The notes below the pieces were generated by a model, which saw nothing but the letters and a program-made list of their open reading frames with translations, was not told the DNA's origin and searched no databases. Source: an uncultured delta proteobacterium (GTDB lineage: Bacteria; Desulfobacterota; Syntrophia; Syntrophales; Fen-1087). Taken from it: a stretch of 64,000 nucleotides of DNA. This document shows, one piece after another, positions 29,611-38,906 of the stretch (position 1 is the first letter of the stretch; the number at the start of each line of letters is the position of its first letter). The translations under genes were made by a program, and so were the position numbers. The stretch covers positions 257,323 to 321,322 of the forward strand of contig CAVUOQ010000012.1 of assembly GCA_963743175.1 (NCBI GenBank). Reading direction: 5' to 3'.

Positions 29611-30948
29611 TCAGGGTTTTCGCTTTTCACGCAGCTTCCGCCACTGATCCATTCTTTCCCGGATGATTTTCTCATAACCCCTCTCTGTCGGGCTATAGTA
29701 AGATTGCCCCTTCAGGGACTCCGGCAGGTAGTCCTGGGGGATGTAGGCGTCTTCAAAATCGTGGGCATAGAGATAGCCCTTGCCGTAGCCGAGATCCTTC
29801 ATGAGCCCCGTGGGTGCATTGCGGATATGCAGCGGTACGGGTAGCGTGCCGGTACGACCGATGGTTTCCTTGACCCGGCCATAGCCTCTGTAAAGAGCGT
29901 TGCTTTTTGAGGCCGTGGCCAGATACACGGCTGCCTGGGCCAGGGCCAGCTCCCCTTCGGGAAGTCCGATAAACTGGAATGCCTGCATCGCCGAGACGCA
30001 GAGCGTCAGCGCCCTCGGATCGGCATTTCCCACATCCTCCGAGGCAAAGCGGACCATCCGGCGGGCAATAAAAAGGGGGTCTTCGCCGGCGGCCAGCATC
30101 CGGCCCAACCAGTAAAGGGCGGCATCCGGATCGGATCCCCGGAGGCTTTTATGGAAGGCCGAGATCAGGTTATAGTGCTCCTCTCCGCCTTTGTCATAGA
30201 GCAGAAATTTCTTCTGAAAGGCTTCCTCGACAACACTGCGGGTTATTTTTCTTTCGCCATCGTGCCCCGTATCGACCAGGGAGGCCACTGCTTCCATGGT
30301 GTTCAGTGCCGTGCGGGCGTCGCCGTCGGCGGACCAGACAATGGCCGACAGGGCTTCCTGCTCAACATCGAGGCTCAAGGCGCCCAGCCCCCGTTCATCG
30401 TCCGCAACCGCCCTTTTCAGGATCAATGAAAGGTCGTCATCGGAAAAGGGTTTCAGGAGCATGACCCGCGAGCGGGACAACAGCGGGGCGATGATTTCAA
30501 AGGAGGGATTTTCGGTGGTGGCGCCGATCAACGTGATCAGGCCGCTTTCCACGTGCGGCAGAAAGGCATCCTGCTGGGCCTTGTTGAAACGATGGATTTC
30601 ATCGACGAAAAGGAGCGTTTTTACCCGGTGATCCCGCCACTGTGTCCGGGCCTCATCCACGACGGAACGGATCTCCTTCACCCCGGACAACACTGCGGAA
30701 AAGCTGACGAAATGTGACTGTGTTTCCCGTGCGATCACTCTGGCCAGGGTCGTCTTGCCGGAGCCCGGCGGACCCCAGAAAATCATGGAAAAAAGGCGGT
30801 CCTCTTCAATAGCGCGACGGAGCAGGCCTCCTTCACCCAGCAAATGCGGCTGTCCCACGTATTCCGCAAGGGTGCGCGGCCGCATCCGGTCCGCCAGCGG
30901 CCGGGGATCATCACCGCTTTTCGTTTCCTGTTGGTCAAAAAGATCCAT
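29611..30948 (-). CDS. rarA: replication-associated recombination protein A (AAA+ ATPase)
   Basis: GPPGSGKTTLA, LFVDEIHRFNK, and the C-terminal MgsA domain. Start at MDLFDQQ (30948), because the upstream part of ORF 29611..31035 runs into repeat D. Confidence 0.9.
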   Translation of the reverse strand: MDLFDQQETKSGDDPRPLADRMRPRTLAEYVGQPHLLGEGGLLRRAIEEDRLFSMIFWGPPGSGKTTLARVIARETQSHFVSFSAVLSGVKEIRSVVDEARTQWRDHRVKTLLFVDEIHRFNKAQQDAFLPHVESGLITLIGATTENPSFEIIAPLLSRSRVMLLKPFSDDDLSLILKRAVADDERGLGALSLDVEQEALSAIVWSADGDARTALNTMEAVASLVDTGHDGERKITRSVVEEAFQKKFLLYDKGGEEHYNLISAFHKSLRGSDPDAALYWLGRMLAAGEDPLFIARRMVRFASEDVGNADPRALTLCVSAMQAFQFIGLPEGELALAQAAVYLATASKSNALYRGYGRVKETIGRTGTLPVPLHIRNAPTGLMKDLGYGKGYLYAHDFEDAYIPQDYLPESLKGQSYYSPTERGYEKIIRERMDQWRKLREKRKP

Positions 30949-31000
30949 AATAAAAGAGATTCTGTTTACGTCGCACTTGTAGAAATAAATTCGATTTCCC

Positions 31001-31168
31001 GAGACTTTCGTAAAAATGGCTTTGCCGCGACTCAAAAATCTTTTCCGCTAAGAGGACAACCAAGCGCAATCATGATTCAGGACAAACCGTTAACGTCATT
31101 TCTGGAAAGGCGGAAAACATTTGATTCGCCGCTTGCAAACCATTTTTCATCAGTTAAGCAAAGCCCTC
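31001..31168 (-). repeat. long-hairpin intergenic repeat, family 1, copy D (inverted)
   Basis: GAGACTTTCGTAAAAATGGCTTTGCCGCGACTCAAAAATCTTTTCCGCTAAGAGG...GGAAAACATTTGATTCGCCGCTTGCAAACCATTTTTCA. Confidence 0.8.
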
Positions 31169-31170
31169 TT

Positions 31171-31440
31171 TCACTCCGCCTTGCTTTTCACTCTTGCCTT
31201 TGCCTGCTCAATCAGATCGATGAGTGTCGTCAATTTGTCCCCTTGAATCTGCCGGGAAAAACGCTCCCATTCCGCCGTCGACATGTTTTCCCTTAGATAG
31301 GCTTCCACGGGGAAAAATGCCTGCCAGCATTTGATCGTCCGCTGACAGGGCAGATCCCCGGCTTCCCTGCGACAGTAGGAAAAATTGAGCTCGTGTCCAA
31401 GCCTCGGACATCGAATCTCCAGATGATCATATTGATCCAT
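31171..31440 (-). CDS. hypothetical small protein with four Cys
   Basis: 89-aa ORF MDQYDHLEIRCPRLGHELNFSYCRREAGDLPCQRTIKCW... No family recognised. Confidence 0.5.
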   Translation of the reverse strand: MDQYDHLEIRCPRLGHELNFSYCRREAGDLPCQRTIKCWQAFFPVEAYLRENMSTAEWERFSRQIQGDKLTTLIDLIEQAKARVKSKAE

Positions 31441-31526
31441 GGGCCTGCCCCTTTGAAGCTTCAGAAAAAATACCCCTCTCCTTTTCTCTGAAGGGGGCCA
31501 AGGGGGATTTTAAAATCAGCATGGCT

Positions 31527-31576
31527 AAAAACAGCAGAACCGTCAAGGAAAATCATGACTTTCCCTGGCGGTTCTG
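31527..31576 (-). terminator. Rho-independent terminator downstream of trpB2
   Basis: The minus strand reads CAGAACCGCCAGGG-loop-CCTTGACGGTTCTG followed by CTGTTTTT, beginning 17 nt after the trpB2 stop. Confidence 0.55.
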
Positions 31577-31592
31577 TCTGAACGCAATCAAT

Positions 31593-32955
31593 TTACGGTT
31601 TCGGGAATCCTTCAATGGCCTTCAAGGCACGCTGAATCTCTTCATCGGGCAACTCATAGGGTGTCAGTTTCCCGGCAAAGTAGGCCTCATAGGACGCCAT
31701 ATCCACCAGGCCGTGACCGCTCCAGTTGAACAGGATGACCTTTTCCTTGCCCTCCTCTTTGGCGCGTCGGGCCTCGTCCACCACGGCAGCGATGACATGG
31801 TCCGTCTCCGGCGCCGGGATGAACCCCTCGCTCCTGGCCCACCTGACACCGGCCTCAAACGTCTCCAGCTGGTGGTAGGCCCTTGCCTCGACGAGATTCT
31901 CGTGGACCAGATGGCTGACAATGGGCGCCATGCCGTGATAACGGAGACCACCCGCATGGATGGGCGCAGGGACATAATCGTGTCCGAGGGTGTACATGGG
32001 CAGCAGGGGGGTCTTCTTGGCCAGATCGCCGAAGTCATAAGCAAAGGGACCCCGGGTCATGGTCGGACAGGACGTCGGTTCGGCGCCGACGATCCTCACT
32101 TTTTTCCCGTGGATCTTGTCGCGCACAAAGGGCATGGAGATACCGGCAAAGTTGCTGCCGCCGCCGGCGCACCCCATAACCACATCCGGATAGACGCCGA
32201 TCTTTTTCAGCTGTGCCTGAGCCTCCAGGCCGATGATGGTCTGGTGCAAGAATGACATGATTCAGCACGCTCCCGAGCGAATAACGCGATTCGTCGCGGC
32301 TGACGGCATCCTCGATCGCCTCGCTGATGGCGATGCCAAGGCTGCCCGGAGAATCCGGATGTTCCGCCAGGACCTGGCGACCGGCCTCGGTGACAGTGCT
32401 GGGGCTGGGGATGCATTCGGCGCCCCAGGTCTTCATCATCATTCGCCGATAGGGTTTCTGTTCATAACTCACCCTGACCATGAAGACGCGGCATTCCAGG
32501 CCGAACATCTGGCAGGCCATGGACAGAGCGCTCCCCCATTGCCCGGCGCCGGTTTCCGTGGAGATTCGCTTGATCCCGAATGCCTTGTTGTAATAGGCTT
32601 GCGGAATGGCTGTGTTCGGCTTGTGCGAACCGGCCGGGCTGTTTCCTTCCTTCTTGTAGTAGATCTTCACCGGGGCATTCAACAGTTTTTCGAAATTCCG
32701 CGCCCGGTATAACGGCGTGGGGCGCCAGAGCAGGTATTTCTGCAACACCTCGTCAGGGATATCAATCCAGCGCTCGGTGCTGACTTCCTGCTCGATGAGG
32801 TTCATGGGAAAAATGGGGGCCAGGTCCTCCGCAGCAACAGGTTTCCCCGTCCCCGGGTGGAGGGGGGGACTCATCGGCGTCGGCAGATCGGCCATGATGT
32901 TGTACCATTGCCGGGGTATCTCGTCATCGTTCAATAAGACTTTCATCTGTTCCAT
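31593..32955 (-). pseudogene. trpB: TrpB2-type tryptophan synthase beta chain, split by one frameshift (possibly a sequence error)
   Basis: ORF 32035..32955 (..[24 protein letters not shown]..) and ORF 31593..32258 (..[11 protein letters not shown]..) are the N- and C-parts. The frames meet at about 32245-32255 (SVLNHVIL | [10 protein letters not shown]). Confidence 0.9.
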
Positions 32956-33005
32956 AACTTCTCCTCCCTTTGTTTGTTCTTTTTATGGTTGTTTGCCGTT
33001 ATATG

Positions 33006-33038
33006 AAAACAAAAAAGCCATGGGATTTTCCCATGGCT
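33006..33038 (-). terminator. intrinsic terminator of the trpB2 leader (attenuator)
   Basis: The minus strand reads AGCCATGGG-AAAAT-CCCATGGCT followed by TTTTTTGTTTT, about 50 nt upstream of the trpB2 ATG. Confidence 0.65.
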
Positions 33039-33095
33039 TTTGATGATCGATCCGGAGTCATGGGAAGGTCTCCCCTGCCCACGGCTCATCTTATC

Positions 33096-33179
33096 TCAGA
33101 AAAAGAACACCGGCGGGCAGACGCTTTGAGCCTGCCACCACCAGGATAGATTTTTTCGACACTCACTTCGATTCATCAT
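33096..33179 (-). CDS. Trp-rich leader peptide (27 aa, MMNRSECRKNLSWWWQAQSVCPPVFFF)
   Basis: Hand translation. The RBS GAAGGTGAG lies 4 nt upstream of ATGATG. Three consecutive TGG codons at 33143-33135. TGA stop at 33098-33096. Confidence 0.65.
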   Translation of the reverse strand: MMNRSECRKNLSWWWQAQSVCPPVFFF

Positions 33180-33265
33180 CAGTCTCACCTTCACTTGCGG
33201 GTCCCGTAACACAAACAAAAAACGGATGTCAAGCCAAAACTTGTTGAAACCGTAAAAATTATTTT

Positions 33266-34468
33266 TTAGATTTCCATGTTCGACATGAAACCCTTGTGCC
33301 GCCGGTACCAGAGATTTGGAAATAAATAGTAGAAAAACCGCGAGAACGGACCGATGAATTCCCGGGTCCGCCGGTCAAACTGGCAGGCCTGAATAATCAT
33401 CTCCCGGATGTCATCCCGGGTGTTTCCCTCATTGAAAATCTTGTAGGCGCAGTGAAAGAGGGGGCTGTACATGTTCTTTTTTTCCAGATATTTGTGAACA
33501 TTGCGGATGGTATTCGGCCCTTCCGGAGTCCCGTCGATCCGTTCCAGCACCTTGAGATTGGTTTCAATGGGATTGCCTGTGAGCAGCTCATAATATAGTT
33601 TACCATACCGGTAATTTTTGCTGGCTTCCGACGAGACGGTCACATACATGTCGCCGACCCCCGCCTGAGAGTGAAAGGCCTGAAAACTGCCGCCAAGCAA
33701 TCTCGAAAGGGAGCGGATTTCCACACCGGATCTTGCAAAGATCGTCCCCGGAATGGAATCCCCCAGCATCAACGAATCCGTGAGTCCCTTGATATTGGCA
33801 ACGATATTCTTAAGGGAGCCGCAGGCCTCCACGCCGACAATGTCAACATTATAATAGACACTGAGTTCCCGACGGTTATACCGGATCAGTTCCTCCCTGA
33901 ACAGGGCGGATATCTTTTTCTTCCCGGCGACGGTGACGCAGATTGGATTTCCCATGGCAATATCGACGTCAAAGAAAGGCCCGCCGACGCACGCGATATG
34001 GTATTTGTGCCTGATGTTGTACAAGTAGCTGTTGATCAACTGGGACGGTGTGATCAGTTCTTTCGTGATTTCATCGGCAGTGAGTCCCTTGATCGGCGAA
34101 ATCAGGCAGGTATCCCCCGCCTTTTTCTCCAGCAGCGGCTTCAGATAGTTCAGAAATTCCGGAAGGCGCGGCATGGTAATGCAAAGCAGAATCAAATCGT
34201 TGTCTTCCACCACGCGCTCCAGGTTGTTCGTTGCCGTTACATTGGGCGGCAACAGCGGAACATGCTCCATTCCGCCCAGCTTCCTCGCCAGATCCTGGGT
34301 CAGATGCCGCGGATTGAGGTGCTGTTTGTTGATCTCCTGGCAGACGGCTGCGTCGTGATAATAAATGGTCACCCGTTTATGATCGCGCCCAAATTTATAG
34401 GCAAAGGACGTCCCGAGCCGGCCGGGACCGATAATGGCGATACGACTGGTATCCAGTTCTGAAATCAT
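33266..34468 (-). CDS. NAD(P)H-dependent glycerol-3-phosphate dehydrogenase-family protein (long form)
   Basis: N-terminal Rossmann motif IAIIGPGRLGT. Resembles GpsA by eye over its length but is about 400 aa. Confidence 0.7.
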   Translation of the reverse strand: MISELDTSRIAIIGPGRLGTSFAYKFGRDHKRVTIYYHDAAVCQEINKQHLNPRHLTQDLARKLGGMEHVPLLPPNVTATNNLERVVEDNDLILLCITMPRLPEFLNYLKPLLEKKAGDTCLISPIKGLTADEITKELITPSQLINSYLYNIRHKYHIACVGGPFFDVDIAMGNPICVTVAGKKKISALFREELIRYNRRELSVYYNVDIVGVEACGSLKNIVANIKGLTDSLMLGDSIPGTIFARSGVEIRSLSRLLGGSFQAFHSQAGVGDMYVTVSSEASKNYRYGKLYYELLTGNPIETNLKVLERIDGTPEGPNTIRNVHKYLEKKNMYSPLFHCAYKIFNEGNTRDDIREMIIQACQFDRRTREFIGPFSRFFYYLFPNLWYRRHKGFMSNMEI

Positions 34469-34764
34469 AAAGGCCAGGAACGAAAAAAAATATAAAATGA
34501 CATTAAGTGAAAATATTCAAATTCACTATGGCCGCACGGGCGGAAACCTGAAAATTCTAAATAGTATAGGAAAGCAAAGACCAAGTGTCAAGGAAAAATG
34601 AAAAATATCTAAATAAATCAATGACATAGAATTACTAATCCTTACTGTGACGACATCATCCCAGATTTCGTCACAGCAAGGATGATAAATTCGTAAAAAG
34701 TCAGGAATTCCCTCCCCCTCGACGGGGGAGGGTTCGGGTGGGGGTGGTAAATGACTTGATTCAA

Positions 34765-35601
34765 TCATCTCTTTTCCCCCTCCCCTTCATCCCCTCCCGC
34801 AAGGGGAGGGAAAAAGGGGTTTTTTACGCAGTCGTCAAGGATAAACCGGGTCATCTCCGCCAGTACCCTTTCCCGGGCCTGAAGATGCGGGACATGGCCG
34901 CAGTCCGCGATAATCAATGGTTCGGCCGGACCGGAAGCCCCGCTCACGATAGCTTCAATCTGCGCGGGTGTCCCGTATTCGTCGTCCCGCCCCTGGATCG
35001 CCAGAACAGGGCAACGGACGCCGGGCAGGTATTCCTCAATGTTCCAGTCCCGGAAAGCAGGGGAAAGCCAGGTGTCCGACCAGCCCCGGAAGGCCGTCTC
35101 GGTATTATTTCCATGATGCCTGGACAGGCGGTCCGGTAGGTCCGTGGAGGTGTAGATCCTGACGGCCTCGCGAATTCCCGCCAGCGTGACTTCCTCCACG
35201 AAGACGTGAGCCGCTTCTGTGATGATGCCGCGGACTTTTTCCGGCCGGACGGCCGCAAAGATGAGGGCAATCGAACCGCCGTCGCTGTGACCGATCAGGA
35301 TGGCGTCGTCGATCTGCAACTGCCGCAAGACTTCCGGCAGACTCTGCAGGGCTTCCTCATGGAGATACCGAGCTGAGCGCGGCACGTCCAGCGGATCGGC
35401 GTTTCCATAGCCCCGGCGTTCATAAATGACGGCAGGCAGACGGGTGGCCAGGCTGACCGCAAGCGGAAAATCGCGCCACTGTGAGATACTGCCCAGTCCT
35501 TCATGAAGAAAAATCAGTGTCGTCCCTGGTGCGTCTGCTGGACGCACAAACGGTTCGATGATTTCTACGGGGAGCCGGCAGCGACCGTCATGGATGTTCA
35601 A
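34765..35601 (-). CDS. alpha/beta hydrolase
   Basis: LIFLHEGLGS and the nucleophile elbow GHSDGG. The C-terminal tail is encoded by a GC-rich repeat module. Confidence 0.85.
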   Translation of the reverse strand: MNIHDGRCRLPVEIIEPFVRPADAPGTTLIFLHEGLGSISQWRDFPLAVSLATRLPAVIYERRGYGNADPLDVPRSARYLHEEALQSLPEVLRQLQIDDAILIGHSDGGSIALIFAAVRPEKVRGIITEAAHVFVEEVTLAGIREAVRIYTSTDLPDRLSRHHGNNTETAFRGWSDTWLSPAFRDWNIEEYLPGVRCPVLAIQGRDDEYGTPAQIEAIVSGASGPAEPLIIADCGHVPHLQARERVLAEMTRFILDDCVKNPFFPPLAGGDEGEGEKR

Positions 35602-35791
35602 TCTGCGATGCGCCGCCAGATTTCCGGCGCCGCGGGATATGAATGATTCTTCTTATTCATCTGTCACCCTAAGTTCGCTTGACAAGAGATTGCTTTTTCG
35701 CTTAGATTACAACCGTGTCTTCGCGAGAGCAATACAAATACGACAGAATCCGCGAAAAAATCAAGCTGGACGCAAAAAAGGGGAGCCCTTC

Positions 35792-36475
35792 ATGCCAGTT
35801 CCAAAAGAAAAAGAAGAGTTTTCGTACTATGAAAAGGGGCAACTCAGGGAAAGAAAACATTCCCTCAACGGAAAGCTCCATGGTGAATATACGTCATACT
35901 TCGGCAATGGTCAGATCATGGCACGGCTGTATTTTGTCAACGGCCTCCGCGAAGGAGCGGCCGAATCCTATTACAAGGATGGTCAAATCCGGGAAAAGGG
36001 GACCTATAAAAACGATAATTTTGTTGGCGAATATACAAACTATTATGAGGATGGTCAGCCAAGAGAACAGGAATTTTACAAGGACGGCAAGCTGGATGGC
36101 GAGTATATATTCTTTTACCGGGGCGGGCAGACCAGGGATAAGGAATTCTATCGGGACGGCAAGCTGGACGGCGAGTACCTGTCCTTTTTTAAAAACGGCC
36201 AGATCAAGGAAAAGGGGGCCTTCCGCAACGACCGGCGCAAGGGCGAATATGTCGCCTACTACCGGAACGGCCGGATCAGAGAAACGGCAAACTATGATAA
36301 CGGAAAAGTAAAAGGTAAATTCCTTTGTTACGATGAGTCCGGCGAGCCCGTCCGCGTGAAAGATCAGGAGAATATCGAATCCTCCTGTGAAACGGACGAC
36401 AATGCGGAGGATAAGGAAAAAAAGATTGACGATCTGCTGACGAGTCTGGGAAATTTTGAAAAAAAGACGGATTGA
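35792..36475 (+). CDS. MORN-repeat (YwqK-like) protein
   Basis: Repeated G(E)Y..YY.NGQ.. units. Start at ATG 35792 after the RBS AAGGGGAG. Confidence 0.8.
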   Translation: MPVPKEKEEFSYYEKGQLRERKHSLNGKLHGEYTSYFGNGQIMARLYFVNGLREGAAESYYKDGQIREKGTYKNDNFVGEYTNYYEDGQPREQEFYKDGKLDGEYIFFYRGGQTRDKEFYRDGKLDGEYLSFFKNGQIKEKGAFRNDRRKGEYVAYYRNGRIRETANYDNGKVKGKFLCYDESGEPVRVKDQENIESSCETDDNAEDKEKKIDDLLTSLGNFEKKTD

Positions 36476-36481
36476 CGGGAC

Positions 36482-36648
36482 GAGAGTTTTGCATAACCGC
36501 TGAAAAATGGTTCGCAGGCGGCGAATCAAATGTTTTCCGCTTTTCCAGAGATTACGTTAGCGACTTGTCATGAATCATGAATACGTCTGGTCGTCCTCTT
36601 AGCGGAAAAGATTTTTGAGACGCGGCGAAGCCATTTTTCAAAGGTCTC
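36482..36648 (+). repeat. long-hairpin intergenic repeat, family 1, copy E
   Basis: GAGAGTTTTGCATAACCGCTGAAAAATGGTTCGCAGGCGGCGAATCAAATGTTTTCCGC...AGCGGAAAAGATTTTTGAGACGCGGCGAAGCCATTTTTCAAAGGTCTC. Confidence 0.8.
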
Positions 36649-36676
36649 TGGACTGTCGCATCCAGAAGGAGGCTTT

Positions 36677-37516
36677 ATGGTCAAGACAATCCTGATCCCC
36701 ACGGACGGTTCTGAATACGGCAAAACCGCAATCGATTACGGCATCTATATCGCGAAGAAACTTGAGGCGCAACTCATCGGGCTGCATGTCGTCGATATCG
36801 GGCTGATGCGGGGACCGGTCTTCAGCGATATTTCCGGTTCCATCGGCCTGCCGCCTTATCAGGAATTTCTCCCCGTGATCGAAGCGGGCCTGGATGGACG
36901 AGCCGAAACCGTCCTGCACGCCTTCCGCCAGCGCTGCGAAGCCGCCGGCCTGCATCCGGATACCCTCAAGGCCGTCGGCATCATTGATGAAACCATTATC
37001 GAGGAGGGTAAAAAAACAGACTGGATTCTCCTGGCCCAGCGAGGTGAAAACTTTCATCTTGCCAAAGGCGGGATCCTGGGGTCCACGGCCGAACTGGTCG
37101 TCCGAAACTCGGGAAAGCCGGTCCTCGTAACGCCTGCGAAATATCAGGATATCGAAAGCATGGCCCTGGCCTATGATGGCTCGCCCCCGGCCCACAACGC
37201 CCTGAAGCTCGCGGTAAACCTTTCCGGAAAAGCCGCCTGGCCCCTCACGATTATCTGCATCACCGATGAGCAGGCCGTCGCCGACCGGCTCCAAGAAAAA
37301 ATCGAGGCCACACTTGAACCCTTCCAGATCGACTCTGAAACGATCGTCATCCGGGGCAAGGAAAACAGGGAAATTCTTAAATTCATTGAGGAAGGCTCCG
37401 TCGAACTGCTGGTCATGGGCGCCTACGGCCACAACCGGCTGCGGCAACTGTTCGTGGGCAGTACGACATCCGACGTCATCCGTAAAAGCAGGATACCCGT
37501 TCTGCTGACGCGTTAG
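36677..37516 (+). CDS. tandem-domain universal stress protein
   Basis: Two Usp domains (ILIPTDGSEYG.., ..LLVMGAYGHNRLRQLFVGSTTSDVIRKSRIPVLL). Confidence 0.9.
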   Translation: MVKTILIPTDGSEYGKTAIDYGIYIAKKLEAQLIGLHVVDIGLMRGPVFSDISGSIGLPPYQEFLPVIEAGLDGRAETVLHAFRQRCEAAGLHPDTLKAVGIIDETIIEEGKKTDWILLAQRGENFHLAKGGILGSTAELVVRNSGKPVLVTPAKYQDIESMALAYDGSPPAHNALKLAVNLSGKAAWPLTIICITDEQAVADRLQEKIEATLEPFQIDSETIVIRGKENREILKFIEEGSVELLVMGAYGHNRLRQLFVGSTTSDVIRKSRIPVLLTR

Positions 37517-38283
37517 ATGCCCTCTCCTTTGATGAGAGCGCCGAGTTCCGCCAGAACATCATGCCGGGTAAGATCATAATAAACCGGCGTAATGGTGACC
37601 ATGCCCTGTCGCAAGGCACAGGCATCGGAATGCGGGTCTTCGTGATCGGAAAGCTGCGTCTCTCCGGTCAGCCAGTAATAGATATTCTCGCGCGGATCCA
37701 CGCGCCTTTCATAACTCTCGATCAATCGCGCCCTTCCCTGCCTGGTAACAACCACTCCCTTGATCTCCTTTTCAGGAAGCGCCGGAACGTTGATGTTCAT
37801 GGGAATATTTTTCATGGGATGATCTTTCAACAGAAAGGCCGCTATTTTTCTGGCGAATTTTGCCGCAACGGTAAAATCCGCATTGTCGTCGAAGGAATCA
37901 AGGGAAACAGCCATGGACGGCACGCCCATGATGGCCCCTTCCGTGGCCGCCGAAACCGTGCCCGAATAAATCACGTTGATTCCCACATTGGCGCCCCGGT
38001 TGATCCCGGAGACCACGAGGTCCACGGGTTTGTCCGACAATTCCCGGATTCCGATTTTAACGCAGTCCGCCGGCGTTCCGGCCACGGCGTAACCCAGAAA
38101 ATGGCCGTTCTTTCTGGCCGGGCGGACCATGAGGGGACGGAAGACGGTAATGGCGTGGCCCACGGCGCTCTGTTCAATTTCAGGGGCGACAATCAGACAG
38201 TCGGCATCCTTCGACAGTTCCTGATACAGGGCGCTCAGCCCCTTCGCGTAAATGCCGTCATCGTTGGTCAATAGAAATCGCAT
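37513..38283 (-). CDS. surE: 5'/3'-nucleotidase SurE
   Basis: MRFLLTNDDGIYAKGL and SGINRGANVG. Confidence 0.9.
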   Translation of the reverse strand: MRFLLTNDDGIYAKGLSALYQELSKDADCLIVAPEIEQSAVGHAITVFRPLMVRPARKNGHFLGYAVAGTPADCVKIGIRELSDKPVDLVVSGINRGANVGINVIYSGTVSAATEGAIMGVPSMAVSLDSFDDNADFTVAAKFARKIAAFLLKDHPMKNIPMNINVPALPEKEIKGVVVTRQGRARLIESYERRVDPRENIYYWLTGETQLSDHEDPHSDACALRQGMVTITPVYYDLTRHDVLAELGALIKGEGI

Positions 38284-38292
38284 ATTTTGTCC

Positions 38293-38886
38293 TTAATAAA
38301 GATCCTTGATATAATTCAACGTTTTTTCCGCAACGGCCGGCGAATCGATCAGCACGGACAGTTCATTGTTATGTTTGAGCGCCGACTGCGTCAGGTTATG
38401 ACTGCCGACGAAGGTGTACCGCCCGTCGATGACGGCAAGCTTGGTATGCGTGGTCCTTTTCGGAGAATCAAAATAAATCTCCACACCGGCTTTTTTCAGT
38501 TGTTCGGACGAGCTCCGGTTATCCCGGTTGATAGTTGAGTCCGGCTTTGCATCCTGCTCCAGCACGAGGACCACACGGACGCCCCGCCGGGCGGCATTGC
38601 CCAGTTCCTGCAGAATGATTTCCGGATAACTGTTCGGATGTCCATTGGTTTTGAAGAGAAAAAAGGCCATGACAATCTGCGTGCGGGCATCCTGGATTCT
38701 TTCAGACAGGGTATGAAAGTACTCCCTGTTTTTAAGAAGCGTCAGGCGGCAGCCGTTCAGATCAATCGGCTTTTTCAAGGCCGGTTTTTGGTCCGCGGCC
38801 GCTGAAACGGATGGCACGGATACCTGTAAAACCGGCATCATTAAAATAAACAAGGCAACATAGGTCAATTTTCTCAGATGGAACAT
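38293..38886 (-). CDS. secreted phospholipase D-family (single HKD, Nuc-like) protein
   Basis: Signal peptide and the HKD motif HTKLAVIDGRYTFVGSHNLT. Confidence 0.85.
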   Translation of the reverse strand: MFHLRKLTYVALFILMMPVLQVSVPSVSAAADQKPALKKPIDLNGCRLTLLKNREYFHTLSERIQDARTQIVMAFFLFKTNGHPNSYPEIILQELGNAARRGVRVVLVLEQDAKPDSTINRDNRSSSEQLKKAGVEIYFDSPKRTTHTKLAVIDGRYTFVGSHNLTQSALKHNNELSVLIDSPAVAEKTLNYIKDLY

Positions 38887-38906
38887 ATTATCTTCCTTTG
38901 CGCATG

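Noticed and set aside
33204-33232. TTGACA-N17-TTACGG as the promoter of the trpB2 leader
   Set aside because: The -35 hexamer is perfect but the -10 is poor. The leader could also be reached by read-through from the upstream gpsA-like gene. Not reported as a feature.
35792-36475. MORN/YwqK-like protein as the antitoxin of a toxin-antitoxin pair
   Set aside because: No adjacent toxin-like gene is present. The neighbours are a hydrolase (divergent) and a repeat element followed by usp.
38293-38886. Secreted PLD/Nuc-like nuclease as a defence or mobile-element gene
   Set aside because: It is a single HKD protein with a signal peptide, embedded between surE and an FAD oxidoreductase. No restriction, methylase or mobility genes are nearby.
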